A stretch of DNA of 64,000 nucleotides, from positions 21,762,001-21,826,000 of the forward strand of contig CP158635.1 of NCBI GenBank assembly GCA_050273025.1. The letters are read 5' to 3'. The notes beneath the pieces are model-generated. The model did not search any database. It was not told the origin of the DNA and saw only the letters and a list, made by a program, of their open reading frames with translations. Below are positions 1 through 12,589 of this stretch, piece after piece (position 1 is the first letter of the stretch; every line of letters starts with the position of its first letter). The position numbers and the translations under genes were made by a program. This stretch comes from Cenococcum geophilum. Taxonomy: Eukaryota.

Positions 1-164
1 AAAGGCTAATATTATTCTTATAATACCCAATATAGTCTCGCAGACTTATATATATTCTATTAGCGCTATATGCGTAGTTTTCTATAATAAGGCTAAGAAG
101 GCGTCTAAGCTAAGTAGTCTTGCTAGGTTTGCCTAGAGTAGACTATATTTAATCTAGGGAGGTC

Positions 165-2997
165 TTTTTTATTTTTATTTTTATATCCGTTGTATTATAC
201 TACGTATAATACTACGCATGCAGCCTCTAAGCTATGGCGCTATAGTTTTATATATATGAATCCTTTCTAGGCAGCTTAATATATACTAGTAACTATGTCC
301 TAGTAGTTTATAAATCCCTAACTAGGGATTTACAGCTTCCTAGTAAATACTAGGTTGCTAGCAACTATTAGGTAGTGAGAAAACGGTAGGAAAATACTAG
401 AAAAAATTGAAATAAAAGTAATCCTAACGCCTGTTCCTGTCCTATTTGTAGTTTATTTCTATTCTTTTGCTTTCTATAGTCTATCTACTAGGACTCTAGT
501 AGGAGTTACCTCCTTTTAGAGATCCTACTGCTCTTAGCCACTTTCTAATAGCTATTTTTGTCCTACTTAGAAATAGAAAAAGCGCCCCTCTTCCTTTTTT
601 TGTGCAAAAGAGCTTCTTTAGGGAGAGAGAAGAGCCTATTTGTCTTTGTATTTCCTTTCTATCTTCCCAATATAGTCTGCATTCTAGTAATAGATGCGTA
701 GGGGTTTGTACCGCGGTACAGTCCCTAAAGCATCTACCTTCTTTATCCTTCCCTATTGTTTTAGAAAAGGATTTAAAGAAGCCTTTTCCTACTTTTAGTT
801 GAAAGAGAGCCGATTGTAGCCTTTTAGGATATTTATCCTTAGGGGCTTTAAAAGAAAAGGGGTAGTTTCCTTTACAGATTCTAGTATAGTGTTTTCCTTT
901 ACTTTTATTCTGTTGCCAATTGTCTTTCTACTATTCTAGTATCTTTTCTCTTGCTTGTCTCCCTAAGTAGGCTAGAGAAGTATAAGAAGATTATAGTTTT
1001 CTTTTAGAGAGGCCCTTTTTAGCTAGCTTATCTGCTATTTCGTTTCTATAGATTCCTAAATAGCTAGGAACCCAATAAAAGTTAATAGAGATACCCTTAC
1101 TAGCTAAGTAAGAACAGCTTTACGTAATTTTAAAGACTAGCTCTTGTCCCCCTGTAAGAGAATTAAGCTATAATCTCTTAATAGCCGCTTGGCTATCTAT
1201 AAAGATATAGACTTATTTCTCTTCTAGTCTTTATTATTTTAGGTGTTCTAGGGCCCTATAGACTGCATAAAGCTCTGCGTTTATAATTTCCATATAGGGT
1301 CCTAGATTCCAGTTTGTTGCATATTTAATCCTATTTCTCTCCCCTATTTTACATACAGCAGCTGCATTTAATTTACTATCTTTAGAGCCATCTATATAGT
1401 ATATATCTACTAGGTCCCACTCTAGGGATTCTTATAAATTTTCTACTGGTCTTAGATGTTCTTATACAGCTTCTACTTTACTATTCTTCGAGATAGAGGA
1501 AGATGCAGATATAGGAGGAGACCATGGTTTTTGCCACTCTAGAGAGATTTTCTCTATTTTCCAGTTCTGAACTAGCTGCTAAACCCTAGATACTAGGGAT
1601 AGTAGCTGTGTTTTTGGCTGTAGTAAGTGCCTTATAGTAGAGTTTTTAAAACTAGAATCAGAGCTAGTTGTTAGTTCATCCTTGTCTTTATTATTCTCTT
1701 CTATATAGGCCTTCTTAATTACATGGTTTTCCTTAAATTTTAGGATTCTTAATGCGTAGCTATTACAAAGCTTTTCGAATCTAATTCTAGGAGGAGGGAT
1801 AGAGGCTTCAATCTCTATAGCTTGGCTAGGAGATCCTCTAAACGCTCCTAAAACTAGTTTTAGGGCCTTATTTTATAGAGACTGGTACCTAGCCAGTAGG
1901 TAGTCTCTAGATTTGCTTTTCCACCAGCATTATATTCTATAGTCTGCTATAGTAGTAACACAGGCTATATAGAGCTGCTGTAGGGCTTATAGAGATAGAC
2001 CTCTTTGTATATTTCCTAGTCTTCTAATTAAATAGAAGGCTGCTTTTGCTTTAGAAGTTTTTATTTCTACATATTGTTTAAAAGTAAGCTTAGAGTCTAG
2101 GAATACTCCTAACCACCTAACTAGGGGTTTAGGGGATATTTCTATGTCTCCTAGCTTTAGCCCTTCTTTTATAGTAGTACGCTTATTATAGAAGTATATA
2201 AGCTCTATTTTGCCAATATTAAAGCTAATAGCAGCTTCCTTAGCTCTAGATATTAGCTCTAGTGCAATTCTCTCTAGCTTTTTGCAATTAGATTTAGCTG
2301 AGTTTAAAGTAATCGTAATTGCAAAATCGTCTATATAGCTAAGGGAATAGGCTCCTTCTGTCTGTAGCCTATAGATATTACGTAGATATAGTAGAAACAA
2401 AATAGGGGATATAGGCGAACCCTGTGGTATCCCTGTTTCTAATTCTACTTTTTCTTATATTTGCCTATTAAAGGAGAGCTGTAGCTTTCTATTGCTAAGA
2501 AAAGTAGCTACCTATTGTATAAACGCTATAGGTAGTCCTAGTTCCTTACAGATAGATAGAAGCTGGTTTGCGGAGATATAGTCAAAAGCCCCTTTTACGT
2601 CTAGGAATAACGTAGTAGCTATTCTTTATCTAGCTTTCTTCCTACTATTTTTAGATTGGATATTATTTAGAAGTAGTAAGACTACGTCTATTACGGACCG
2701 CTGTCTTCTTCCTCCTAGTTAAGAATCTTGGAGTAAGCTAGTAGTACTAGCTAGATATCTTAATCTAGTAGTAAAGATCTTTTCTAGAGTCTTTCCTAGG
2801 CAGTTTAATAAGGAGATAGGTCTATAGGACTTTGGTAAGGAATAGTCCTCCTTATTTACTTTAGGGAGAATAACTCCTTGGGCTTCTCTCTAGACCTTTA
2901 GCTAATAGCCTAAGATAAACAAAATCCTATAGATTCTATATAGAAGATCTTCTATAATAGGGTAGGCCTTTTGTAAAATTGTAAAAGATATCCCATC
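165..2997 (-). mobile_element. Tad1/CgT1-like LINE retrotransposon, 3' part (RT, RNase H, 3' UTR, A-rich tail), RIP-degenerate
   Basis: Minus-strand remnants read GIPQGSPISPILFLLY, YIDDF, RWLGVFLDSKLTF, and RNase H-like YIDGS and FYWVPS. Many TAA/TAG stops. T-rich tail at 165-182 on the plus strand. Cut at 2997 by a TIR element. Confidence 0.9.
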
Positions 2998-3267
2998 CAT
3001 TAGGAAAATTTTTTTTGGGCGCGTTGTTGCAAACGAAAATCGGGGTCTGCAAAACCTGCGTAAGTCGCAATTTTGGCAATTTGCGGCGATTTGCAGCAAT
3101 TTGCTACAAACACATAGGCTACCTATGCACGCGCCTGCCCTATCTATGTGTTTATAGCAAATTGCTGCAAATTGCCGCAAATGCTAAAATTGCGACTTAC
3201 GCCTGCAGGTTTTGCAGACCCCGATTTTTGCTTGCAACAACGTGCCCAAAAAAAAAAATTCTGATGC

Positions 3268-3865
3268 AGAGGCTCTGCACGAGGCTCTACACAAAGCTCT
3301 GCACGAAGCTCTGCACGAAGCTCTACACGAAGCTCTACACGAAGCTTTACACAAAGCTCTACACGAAGCTCTGCACGAAGCTCTGCACGAAGCTCTGCAC
3401 GAAGCTCTACACGAAGCTCTACACGAAGCTTTACACAAAGCTCTACACGAAGCTCTGCACGAAGCTCTGCACGAAGCTCTGCACGAAGCTCTGCACGAAG
3501 CTCTGCACGAAGCTCTGCACGAAGCTCTGCACGAAGCTCTGCACGAAGCTCTGCACGAAGCTCTGCACGAAGCTCTGCACGAAGCTCTACACAAGGCTCT
3601 GCACGAAGCTCTACACGAAGCTCTACACAAAGCTCTATATAAAGCTCTACACAAAGCTCTGCACAAAGCTCTACGAAGCTCTACACGAAGCTCTACATAT
3701 GGAGGCTCTACACGAGGCTCTGCGCGAAGCTCTACACGAGGCTCTGCGCGAAGCTCTACACGAGGCTCTACGCGAAGCTCTACACGAGGCTCTGCGCGAA
3801 GCTCTACACGAGGCTCTGCGCGAAGCTTTGCGTACGGAGGCTCTACACGAAGCTCTACACAAAGC
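3268..3865. repeat. 12-bp tandem repeat (gcacgaagctct and variants)
   Basis: Directly visible; source of the EALH/TKLC/RASC pseudo-ORFs. Confidence 0.97.
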
Positions 3866-4024
3866 CTTTGTGTGTGCGCGCGACACATTACTATCGGGTC
3901 CCCGCTATATTCCCGATAGCCTCTACACGTGCCTCTGCCAAGTATACCCCCTATATACACCTAGGTAGCCACCTCATTTTTACCCTTCCTTACATCCTCC
4001 CTACCTAGGAAGACACCAGAACGA

Positions 4025-4760
4025 CAGCCAGCAGATGACCGTTGCCGGAGCCAGACGACCATCGCCGGAGCTAGACGACCGTCGCTGGAGCTAGACGACC
4101 GTCGTCAGAGCTAGACGACCGTCGCCGGAGCCAGATGACCGTCGCCAGAGCTAGACGACCGTCAGAGCCAGACGACCGTCAGAGCCAGACGACTGTCGTC
4201 AGACCTAGACGACCGTCGCCGGAGCCAGATGACCGTCGCCAGAGCTGGACGACCGTCGTCAGAGCCAGACGACCGTCGTCAGAGCTAGACGACCGTTGTC
4301 AGAGCTGGACGACCGTCGCCGGAGCCAGATGACCGTCGCCAGAGCTAGACGACCGTCAGAGCCAGACGACCGTCGCCGGAGCCAGATGACCGTCGCCAGA
4401 GCTGGGCGACCGTCGTCAGAGCTAGACGACCGTCGTCAGAGCTGGACGACCGTCGCCGGAGCCAGATGACCGTCGCCAGAGCTAGACGACCGTCAGAGCC
4501 AGACGACCGTCGTCAGACCTAGACGACCGTCGCCGGAGCCAGATGACCGTCGCCAGAGCTGGACGACCGTCGTCAGAGCCAGACGACCGTCGTCAGAGCT
4601 AGACGACCGTTGTCAGAGCTGGACGACCGTCGCCGGAGCCAGATGACCGTCGCCAGAGCTGGACGACCGTCGCTGGAGCCAGATGACCGTCGCCAGAGCT
4701 AGACGACCGTCAGAGCCAGACGACCGTCGTCATCGCCACACGACCGTCGCCAGAGCCACA
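4025..4760. repeat. 18/21-bp tandem repeat (ccagacgaccgtcgccggag-like)
   Basis: Directly visible array. Confidence 0.95.
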
Positions 4761-6599
4761 CGACAACCGTTCGAACGACCAGCCAGCGAACACGATAAAC
4801 GATTCGATCGATCGATCGAATCAAGGTGACATAGACAGGTAGGCACAGACAGGTAGGCATAGACGGGTAGGTATAGACGGACGGACAGACAGGTAGGTAG
4901 GCAGGCAGGCAGGCAGGCAGGTAGGTAGGTAGATGATTTAGAGCCTCTGCGAGAGGCTTCCCCCTTGATGCCCAAAGTAGATAGCTCTATATTTTATATA
5001 GTTATAATATAAATATATTTAAAAGTATACTACAGAAATCTATGGAAATATGTGATAATTTGGTTATTATGTAATATAATTATAATTTATATAGTTACAA
5101 TTTGTACAGTTTTTATAATTCGTACAATTCGTACAGTTTTTACAATTTGTACAGTTTGCGCACTATTTATTTATAGGGTAGCGTTTTGCTGTAATTTATT
5201 TATAGGGGTAGCACTTTGCCGCAATTTGCTATCAGGTGCTGCGATTTTATTGCAAAACGTGCGTTTTACGCAAATTGCTATCGACCATATCCACCTGCCG
5301 CAAACCGCAACAACGAGCCCCAAAAAAAAAATCCTGATGTTCTAGCCTGCCTAGTAAAACATATTATACTAAAAATAGGGCTAGATAAACGTTAGCAATA
5401 CATTATAATTATAACAGACACCTATATACTATCTTTATAGATAGCCGTAAATATAACCTAGCCTACCTTATAATAAACTGCCCTTAACAAAGCAGCCCTT
5501 AAGGCCCCATTATTTTAGATAGGTATAGTCTCTATATAGGCGGCCTATATCTACTCCTTATTACAATCCACCCCGGCCTTTAAAAACATCTTAACCAGTA
5601 GCTAATATTTAACTGTGCGTAGGTCTTAAGGCGTATTAAACAGCAATACTAGACTTAAGGCTATATTTATACTTAGAACTAAGTTTATACCATCTAGTTT
5701 CCGCTTATAAAGTAGTATAATAAGTTATTTGAGATTATAGCTGCAATTCTATATATAGTTAAGCTAGGACAAACTCTATAAGTTTATAGTAGCTGTATAC
5801 CCCCTTTCTATATCTACTATATAGTTAATGCCAGGCCGCCCTAGTACCTTTATCTTCTTACGTATATTTAACTATATATAGGCTAGCATATTCTATATAG
5901 CCTTATATACCTATAGCGCTAGTGCCTTCTTATATTCTACTACCTAATAAATAACTTTCTAAATCGCCTGCTCGTATAGTAAATTATTTAGTTATCTATA
6001 AAATAAAATATATAGGATGCCATCCTTAATAATAACCTGCTTAAAAGTCTATTTAATAGTATTAAGTCTCTCCGTAGTAATTCCTAAGCTAGTAATAAGC
6101 TATATATCTTTTCGTAGGTCCGTAGCGCTCGTAGAGTTATATTACGCCGCATTTACGGTATACCGCTATTATATATTGCGCCCTATTATAAAAAACAGTC
6201 TAGTATCCTAAGTAGGGAATAATAGTGTTTAGAATCCTATACTTAGTATAATAGAGAGGCGGCGCAACGTTAGTAATAAGTAGAGTCTCCTAGCCTAATG
6301 TAACGCGATTTAGCGTAAATTAGCATAAAACATAACGGGTTACGCTATTTAGCGCGTTAATATCCACAGATATCGCTATACTCTTACTATACTCCTCCCA
6401 TCTTAACTGGCTTATAATATAGCACGAGCCATAAATACTACTTTAAATATACGGTTCTATACAAATATTATTTTTAGCTCCCTTCTAACTAAACTATAGT
6501 AAATTATAGCTTAATGCGGTAATTTATAAATAAGCTCTATCTAGCGGCAATATAGAAAGTATAGGACTAAAGTAAAAAGCATAAACGGTCTAACCTATT

Positions 6600-9500
6600 A
6601 TAAATAATATTATCTAAGATAATAGAAACGGAAGAAGGGTAGATATAAGGGCGTTAATATTAAAAAGATAAATAATAATGCACCCTTACGCTATTAAAGC
6701 TTAGAGAAGTATTAGACAGCCTATTATAGGGCTAAGCTAGAGCAATATAATAAGTAGCCACTTATATAATATATAGACAACGATATACTATTATGCTATT
6801 AAACCTTAAAAGGGCATTATATAACTAATTATAAGGCCGAATTGGAGTAAGGTAATAAGTAGCTACCCGTATAAGCTCTAGGCGATAATATTATTAATAA
6901 GCTAAATAACGGGGCTGCGGATATATACTATAATAATAATTCTATAATATTTAATAGGGTATATAACCTAGCGATAGTTAAGACTAATTAGTAAACTTTA
7001 ACTAGAACATCTATAGACATCTTTTAAACTAAAATATTTAAAAAGGCCACTAGCTATACTATAGAAAAGCCTTTAAGACGGAACTAAGGAAATCCATAAA
7101 CTGTGGACGATACTATAGTAGTATACAACATTATACCGCATATTAAACGTACTAGCAGTATATTAGATAAAATACCTCCCCTATTTTATCTATTTAGTAG
7201 TAAGGCAGAATACGTATAGGTCTTATAGTAGGTAAGCTATAGGACTTCTAACCGCGCTATTAATAAGTAGTTTAATAATATTAGGCTTTAGGGAGTGTTT
7301 ACTAACCATTTTTCTTACTAAAGTGCTAATAATGTTAAAGTAAAACTACTTTTAAAATAGATATAATCTAAGAGTAATTAACCGTAGTAGATTAAAATAA
7401 TTATAACTATAGGGGACTAGTAGCTGTTGGTACGTTACTAAAATGCTTTAAAGATCGTATCCTTCCTTATTAGTTACGGCCCTTTTTAAGAAAATATAAC
7501 TTTCTCGCTAGTAAGGCAGTACTTATTAGTAGGAATAAGAATATATAATAAGCTTAATATAGTAGACTAGTAGTAAAAGATATAAAAGCAGCTACTGCTT
7601 AGCGTAACTATAGTGCTAATTATATTAGCTAGCGATAAGACCTAACTAATATAATACGCCGGCGGCAAGAAAGTATAGCCGCTCTATATTTTAATTAGAA
7701 ATATTAAACTGCGTGTTTAATAATCCGTAAATTAACTAGCCCTATTACTACTTATATACCTCCCGGTCTATATACCTAGCAACTAAATAATATAACTAGC
7801 GGTGCAATATAAGACCCTTATGGCTATCCTTAAATATATGCTTTAGCGATAACCCTACTACTAGTATAGTTATGCTAATAATACCTACAGTATTAAAGAA
7901 AGCTAGTAATAAAGGAGTATATCTCCTATACGCGGATAGCTAGGATTAATACTACTTTTTACTTCTAGCTATATTTATGGCTAATTATAAAGAATAGGTC
8001 ACGCTTATAGGTATTAAAAGTGGCTATAAATATTTAACTTATTATATATATACGAATAAACGGTATAATCTAATAACTGCTATCTAGCGACTGTGGCCGT
8101 TCCGTATATACTAATTAACAAAAGACCAAATATAAATGCAGTAGGAAGGTTATAATACTAATAAAAAGGATAACTTGGATTATATTTAGCCATTCCGCAA
8201 CTTTATATAGGGCTATAGTCTATCTAATATCTATAAGATAATGGCGCCTAATTTCCTATACTAGGTGCTTAAAGGCCTTACTAGTAAATATCTTATATAC
8301 TAGATTAAGGGGCTTATATAAAGTAAAATATAGGCCGGAAAATATTAGGGCCTTAATATCCTATACACAAATAGTTACGGCCAGGAGATATTGAATATTA
8401 ATGCACTTATTACTACCTACTTTATATAGGTGGAACAATTTACTAATATAATAGTGTGGGATAGCTAGGCAAATGTCAGCTAATAGATAAAAAAGATGTA
8501 TAAATCTCTATTATAACAATTAGTCCCTACTATAGCACTCTTACTAAAATAGAATAAAGGCGCTATGCTATTTATCTAGGCGTTTATAGACTTTACTATA
8601 CTATCTTAATATATATTATATAACGAATTAACTATCCGGTACCTAGTAGCAGCTATTTATAGAATAGATAAGACAAAGGATATATTCCTTCTGTTTTAAC
8701 TAAGTAAGGTAGGACTACCACACTTTAATATTCCTAAGCTATATGCCATTACCTACTATCTAGAGAGTATTTAGTAACTAGAAGTAATTGGAGGTATAAA
8801 TTTAGAGTATTTAGAGCAAGTATATAAGCTATAGAAGGCATTTTACTATAGGACTAATAAATGGAATAACTATAAAGAGCAGATACTACGATATAACACT
8901 ATATATCTTAATACTATACTTTGGAATGAACTTAAGCTATAGGCGTTAACTAATATAATTAATATAGCAGACCTAATAAGCGCAACATAGATAATATAAC
9001 TAGGCCCTACAGTTAATATATACGCATATTACTTATATATATAGAACTTCGATAACTATATAACTTAAACACTTTAAGACTAGAGAACTAATATATCTAT
9101 TTAGCGTACGGTTAAGGAGGTATAGTACTAGATAGAGATTACTAACCTTATATCTAAACTAGCCCCCTTTATAAGGGAATGCTGTAAACAGATTAACGGA
9201 ATCTAGTAAATAGACTAGGACGTTAACTAACTAAAGGCTAATAATAATTGGGTATTAAAGATACCCTTAAGTATCTATTATAGCGTCGTATACTACATTT
9301 GCTTTAAAAAGGACGCTACTAACACTAATAAGCTTAATAAGGTGTTTGCTTAATATACCCCATTATAAGCTAACACTAAAGCCCCCCACTATAATACTAT
9401 AATAGTGCGAGAATATAAGCGGGTAAATAATAGCCTCTATAGTAATAAAGTAGGGAGGCTTTGTCTACTACTTATAATCTAAGATACTAGGCGATTAAAT

Positions 9501-9850
9501 AGTAAGGGCAAATACTTAAAATACGCTAGTGCGTTAGTAGAGACCCTCTAAGTTTATAATAATAGTAAGATTAATATAAGAATTGGAATACTTAAAGTAT
9601 AGAGTATAAAGCTATCTAATAGCAGAATAAAATGTACGCTAGATACCCTCTAGATATATAACATTAACTATATTATAAGGCCTATCTTACTCGTGCTAAC
9701 GGATATTAACGTTATAGACTATTTCTTTATAAATAACTATAGCGATTAGGATATATATAATACTATATATAATAAAGATTTCGAGCGAATAAATAGGGTA
9801 TAGGTTAATGTATATATAAGGAAATAGGCTCGCACTAGGCGGTAAATAAA
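6600..9850 (+). pseudogene. Plavaka transposase pseudogene (boundaries approximate)
   Basis: Motifs listed for the element; many RIP-type stops. Confidence 0.8.
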
Positions 9851-10195
9851 TATAACTTAGCTAAAATAGCGGTAAGTTATAACTAGCGGCGCTAGATTAT
9901 AATAAAGGGGTAGATTGCCGCGACTATAATAAACTAGAATATAATACCACTATATATTACCCTCTACGCGCTAGCTACCCTTTATATCCTATACACTATA
10001 CTATCTACCTTAAAAGTAGGTAAATATCGCGAGGAACTAGGCTTCTATATAGTATAGAAAAAAATTATATAAAGTAGGACCCTATGCTATAGCAAGGCAA
10101 TCTAATCGCCCTATTATAAAGCCTAATAAATAGTTAGGCTGCCCTCCTAACTTGTCATTATAAGTTTATTAAAGCTCCTTTTTATATACTTAGCG

Positions 10196-10472
10196 GCTCC
10201 TCCGTCGTCGTCTCCCCCTTCGCTCCTCCGTCGTCGTCTCCCCCTTCGCTCCTCCGTCGTCGTCTCCCCCTTCGCTCCTCCGTCGTCGTCTCCCCCTTCG
10301 CTCCTCCGTCGTCGTCTCCCCCTTCGCTCCTCCGTCGTCGTCTCCCCCTTCGCTCCTCCGTCGTCGTCTCCCCCTTCGCTCCTCCGTCGTCGTCTCCCCC
10401 TTCGCTCCTCCGTCGTCGTCTCCCCCTTCGCTCCTCCGTCGTCGTCTCCCCCTTCGCTCCTCCGTCGTCGTC
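10196..10472. repeat. Perfect 26-bp tandem repeat, ~10.5 copies (ctcctccgtcgtcgtctcccccttcg)
   Basis: Directly visible; no adenine on the plus strand. Confidence 0.97.
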
Positions 10473-10544
10473 GCTAGGACGCCCCTGGCTATATAGCCCC
10501 TACGGACACGTCACCAGACGCCAAATACCAGACACATCACAACC

Positions 10545-11865
10545 TCTACTACAACCAGTCTACAGCCATTACGCTACAGACAACCTCCACCACAACCTAT
10601 CTACAGCCATCAGGCTGCAGACAACCTCCACCACAACCTATCTACAGCCATCAGGCTGCAGACAACCTCCACAACCTATCTACAGCCATCAGGCTGCAGA
10701 CGACCTCCGCAACCTGTCTACAGCCATCAGGCTGCAGACGACCTCCGCAACCTGTCTACAGCCATCAGGCTGCAGACGACCTCCGCAACCTGTCTACAGC
10801 CATCAAGCTGCAGACGACCTCCGCAACCTGTCTACAGCCATCAAGCTGCAGACGACCTCCGCAACCTGTCTACAGCCATCAAGCTGCAGACGACCTCCGC
10901 AACCTGTCTACAGCCATCAAGCTGCAGACGACCTCCGCAACCTGTCTACAGCCATCAAGCTGCAGACGACCTCCGCAACCTGTCTACAGCCATCAAGCTG
11001 CAGACGACCTCCGCAACCTGTCTACAGCCATCAAGCTGCAGACGACCTCCGCAACCTGTCTACAGCCATCAAGCTGCAGACGACCTCCGCAACCTGTCTA
11101 CAGCCATCAAGCTGCAGACGACCTCCGCAACCTGTCTACAGCCATCAAGCTGCAGACGACCTCCGCAACCTGTCTACAGCCATCAAGCTGCAGACGACCT
11201 CCGCAACCTGTCTACAGCCATCAAGCTGCAGACGACCTCCGCAACCTGTCTACAGCCGTCAAGCTGCAGACGACCTTCGCAACCTATCTACAGCCGTCAA
11301 GCTGCAGACGACCTTCGCAACCTATCTACAGCCATTAAGCTGCAGACGACCTCTACCACAACCTGTCTACAGCCATCAGGCTGCAGACGACCTCTACCAC
11401 AACCTGTCTACAGCCATCAAGCTGCAGACGACCTCTACCACAACCTGTCTACAGCCATCGGGCTGCAGACGACCTTCGCAACCTGTCTATAGCCATCGGG
11501 CTGTAGTCGACCTTCGCAACCTGTCTATAGCCATCGGGCTGTAGTCGACCTTCGCAACCTGTCTATAGCCATCGGGCTGTAGTCGACCTTCGCAACCTGT
11601 CTATAGCCATCGGGCTATAGTCGACCTTCGCAACCTGTCTATAGCCATCGGGCTGTAGTCGACCTTCGCAACCTGTCTATAGCCATCGGGCTGTAGTCGA
11701 CCTTCGCAACCTGTCTACAGCCATCAGGCTGCAGACGACCTCTACTATCTACAGCCATCGCGCTGCAGACGACCTCCACAACCTATCTACAGCCATCACG
11801 CTGCAGACGACCTCTCCACAACCTGTCTACGGCCATCGCGCTACAGACGACCTCTACCACAACCG
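10545..11865. repeat. 38-bp tandem repeat, ~34 units (gctgcagacgacctccgcaacctgtctacagccatcaa)
   Basis: Period 38 read directly; homogeneous core with variant blocks toward the edges. Confidence 0.95.
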
Positions 11866-11990
11866 CCACCACCGCCACAACATACCATACAATACCGCAC
11901 TATAGGCGTACCGCAGATGCGCAGATAGGGGTGGCTATAGTGGGGGAGGGGAAGGGGCCGGCCCGTGTTACTTTAGCACGTTAAATCTAA

Positions 11991-12586
11991 GGTGTATAGG
12001 CGAATTGGTGTTTATACCCTATACAAGACAACTTCGTGAAAATTTTCCTATGGGAGTGGGTTTATGTAACGAGGTTCGCCCTTATAAAATACCATTAGTA
12101 GGTTATTTTTGGGGAGAGTACCTATTAATTACTAATTCCCTACCCATTTCTTTAGCAAGGAGAAGAGATAGGGTACAGGATAAAAAGTCGCTTTAGGTAA
12201 TTGGTAGCTGCTTCCAAGCTAGCAAGCTATTGTAACGCCTCTTATTCTTAAGTACAAAACTATTTAATAAAAATCTTTCTTTTAGAGCGCTTTTTCTACT
12301 CTAGGAACGGCAGAATACGGCAGAAATAGATAAAAGAGCCAGGATTTCCTTTTCTTGGTGTAAACTGGACCATAGTAAGCAAAATACCAGAACGAAAAAA
12401 CACCAGTCGCTAGAGCTCCCCTAGCATTTTAAAAACGGGCCAGAGTGTCCACTTAGCTACTAGTACATGTTAAGCTGCCTAGGAAGGATTTATGTATATA
12501 GAACTATAGCGTCATAGCCTAGAGGCTGCATGCGCAGTATTGTACGTAGTATAATACAACGGATATAAAAAAAATAAAAAATAAAT
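11991..12586 (+). mobile_element. Candidate tRNA-derived SINE with LINE-derived 3' tail
   Basis: 12454-12586 is the reverse complement of the LINE 3' end at 165-295, including the A-rich tail, while the upstream ~460 bp do not match the LINE. The head has A-box-like (taggcgaattggt) and B-box-like (ggttcgccc) motifs. Confidence 0.6.
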
Positions 12587-12589
12587 ATA

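Larger units (their letters stand above)
2998..5339. mobile_element. Non-autonomous TIR element (CATCAGG termini) filled with minisatellites, copy 1
   Basis: Starts cattaggaaaatttttttt-gggcgcgttgttgc and ends gcaacaacgagccccaaaaaaaaaatcctgatg. Same module order as the inverted copy at 23014-25485. Flanks do not form a TSD. Confidence 0.8.
5340..11967 (+). mobile_element. Plavaka-type (CMC-like) DNA transposon, RIP-degenerate, left end missing
   Basis: Plus-strand relic motifs LASDKT*L..AGGKKV*PLYILIRNI (~7625), MAPNFLY*VLKG (~8241) and HFNIPKLYAITYY..EYLEQ (~8720). These de-RIP to Plavaka signatures SDKTQL..WPLY..GNI, PDxLHQ.LKG and HFNIPKLH. Subterminal tandem arrays are present and a probable right end ...ggccggcccGTG lies at 11967. 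Confidence 0.8.

Noticed and set aside
3015..3968. Long ORFs with EALH/TKLC/RASC repeats
   Set aside because: They arise from a stop-poor 12-bp tandem repeat, open in several frames on both strands, inside a TIR element.
10545..11865. CRISPR-like array of palindromic repeats
   Set aside because: Units are contiguous with no unique spacers, the context is eukaryotic, and there are no cas genes.
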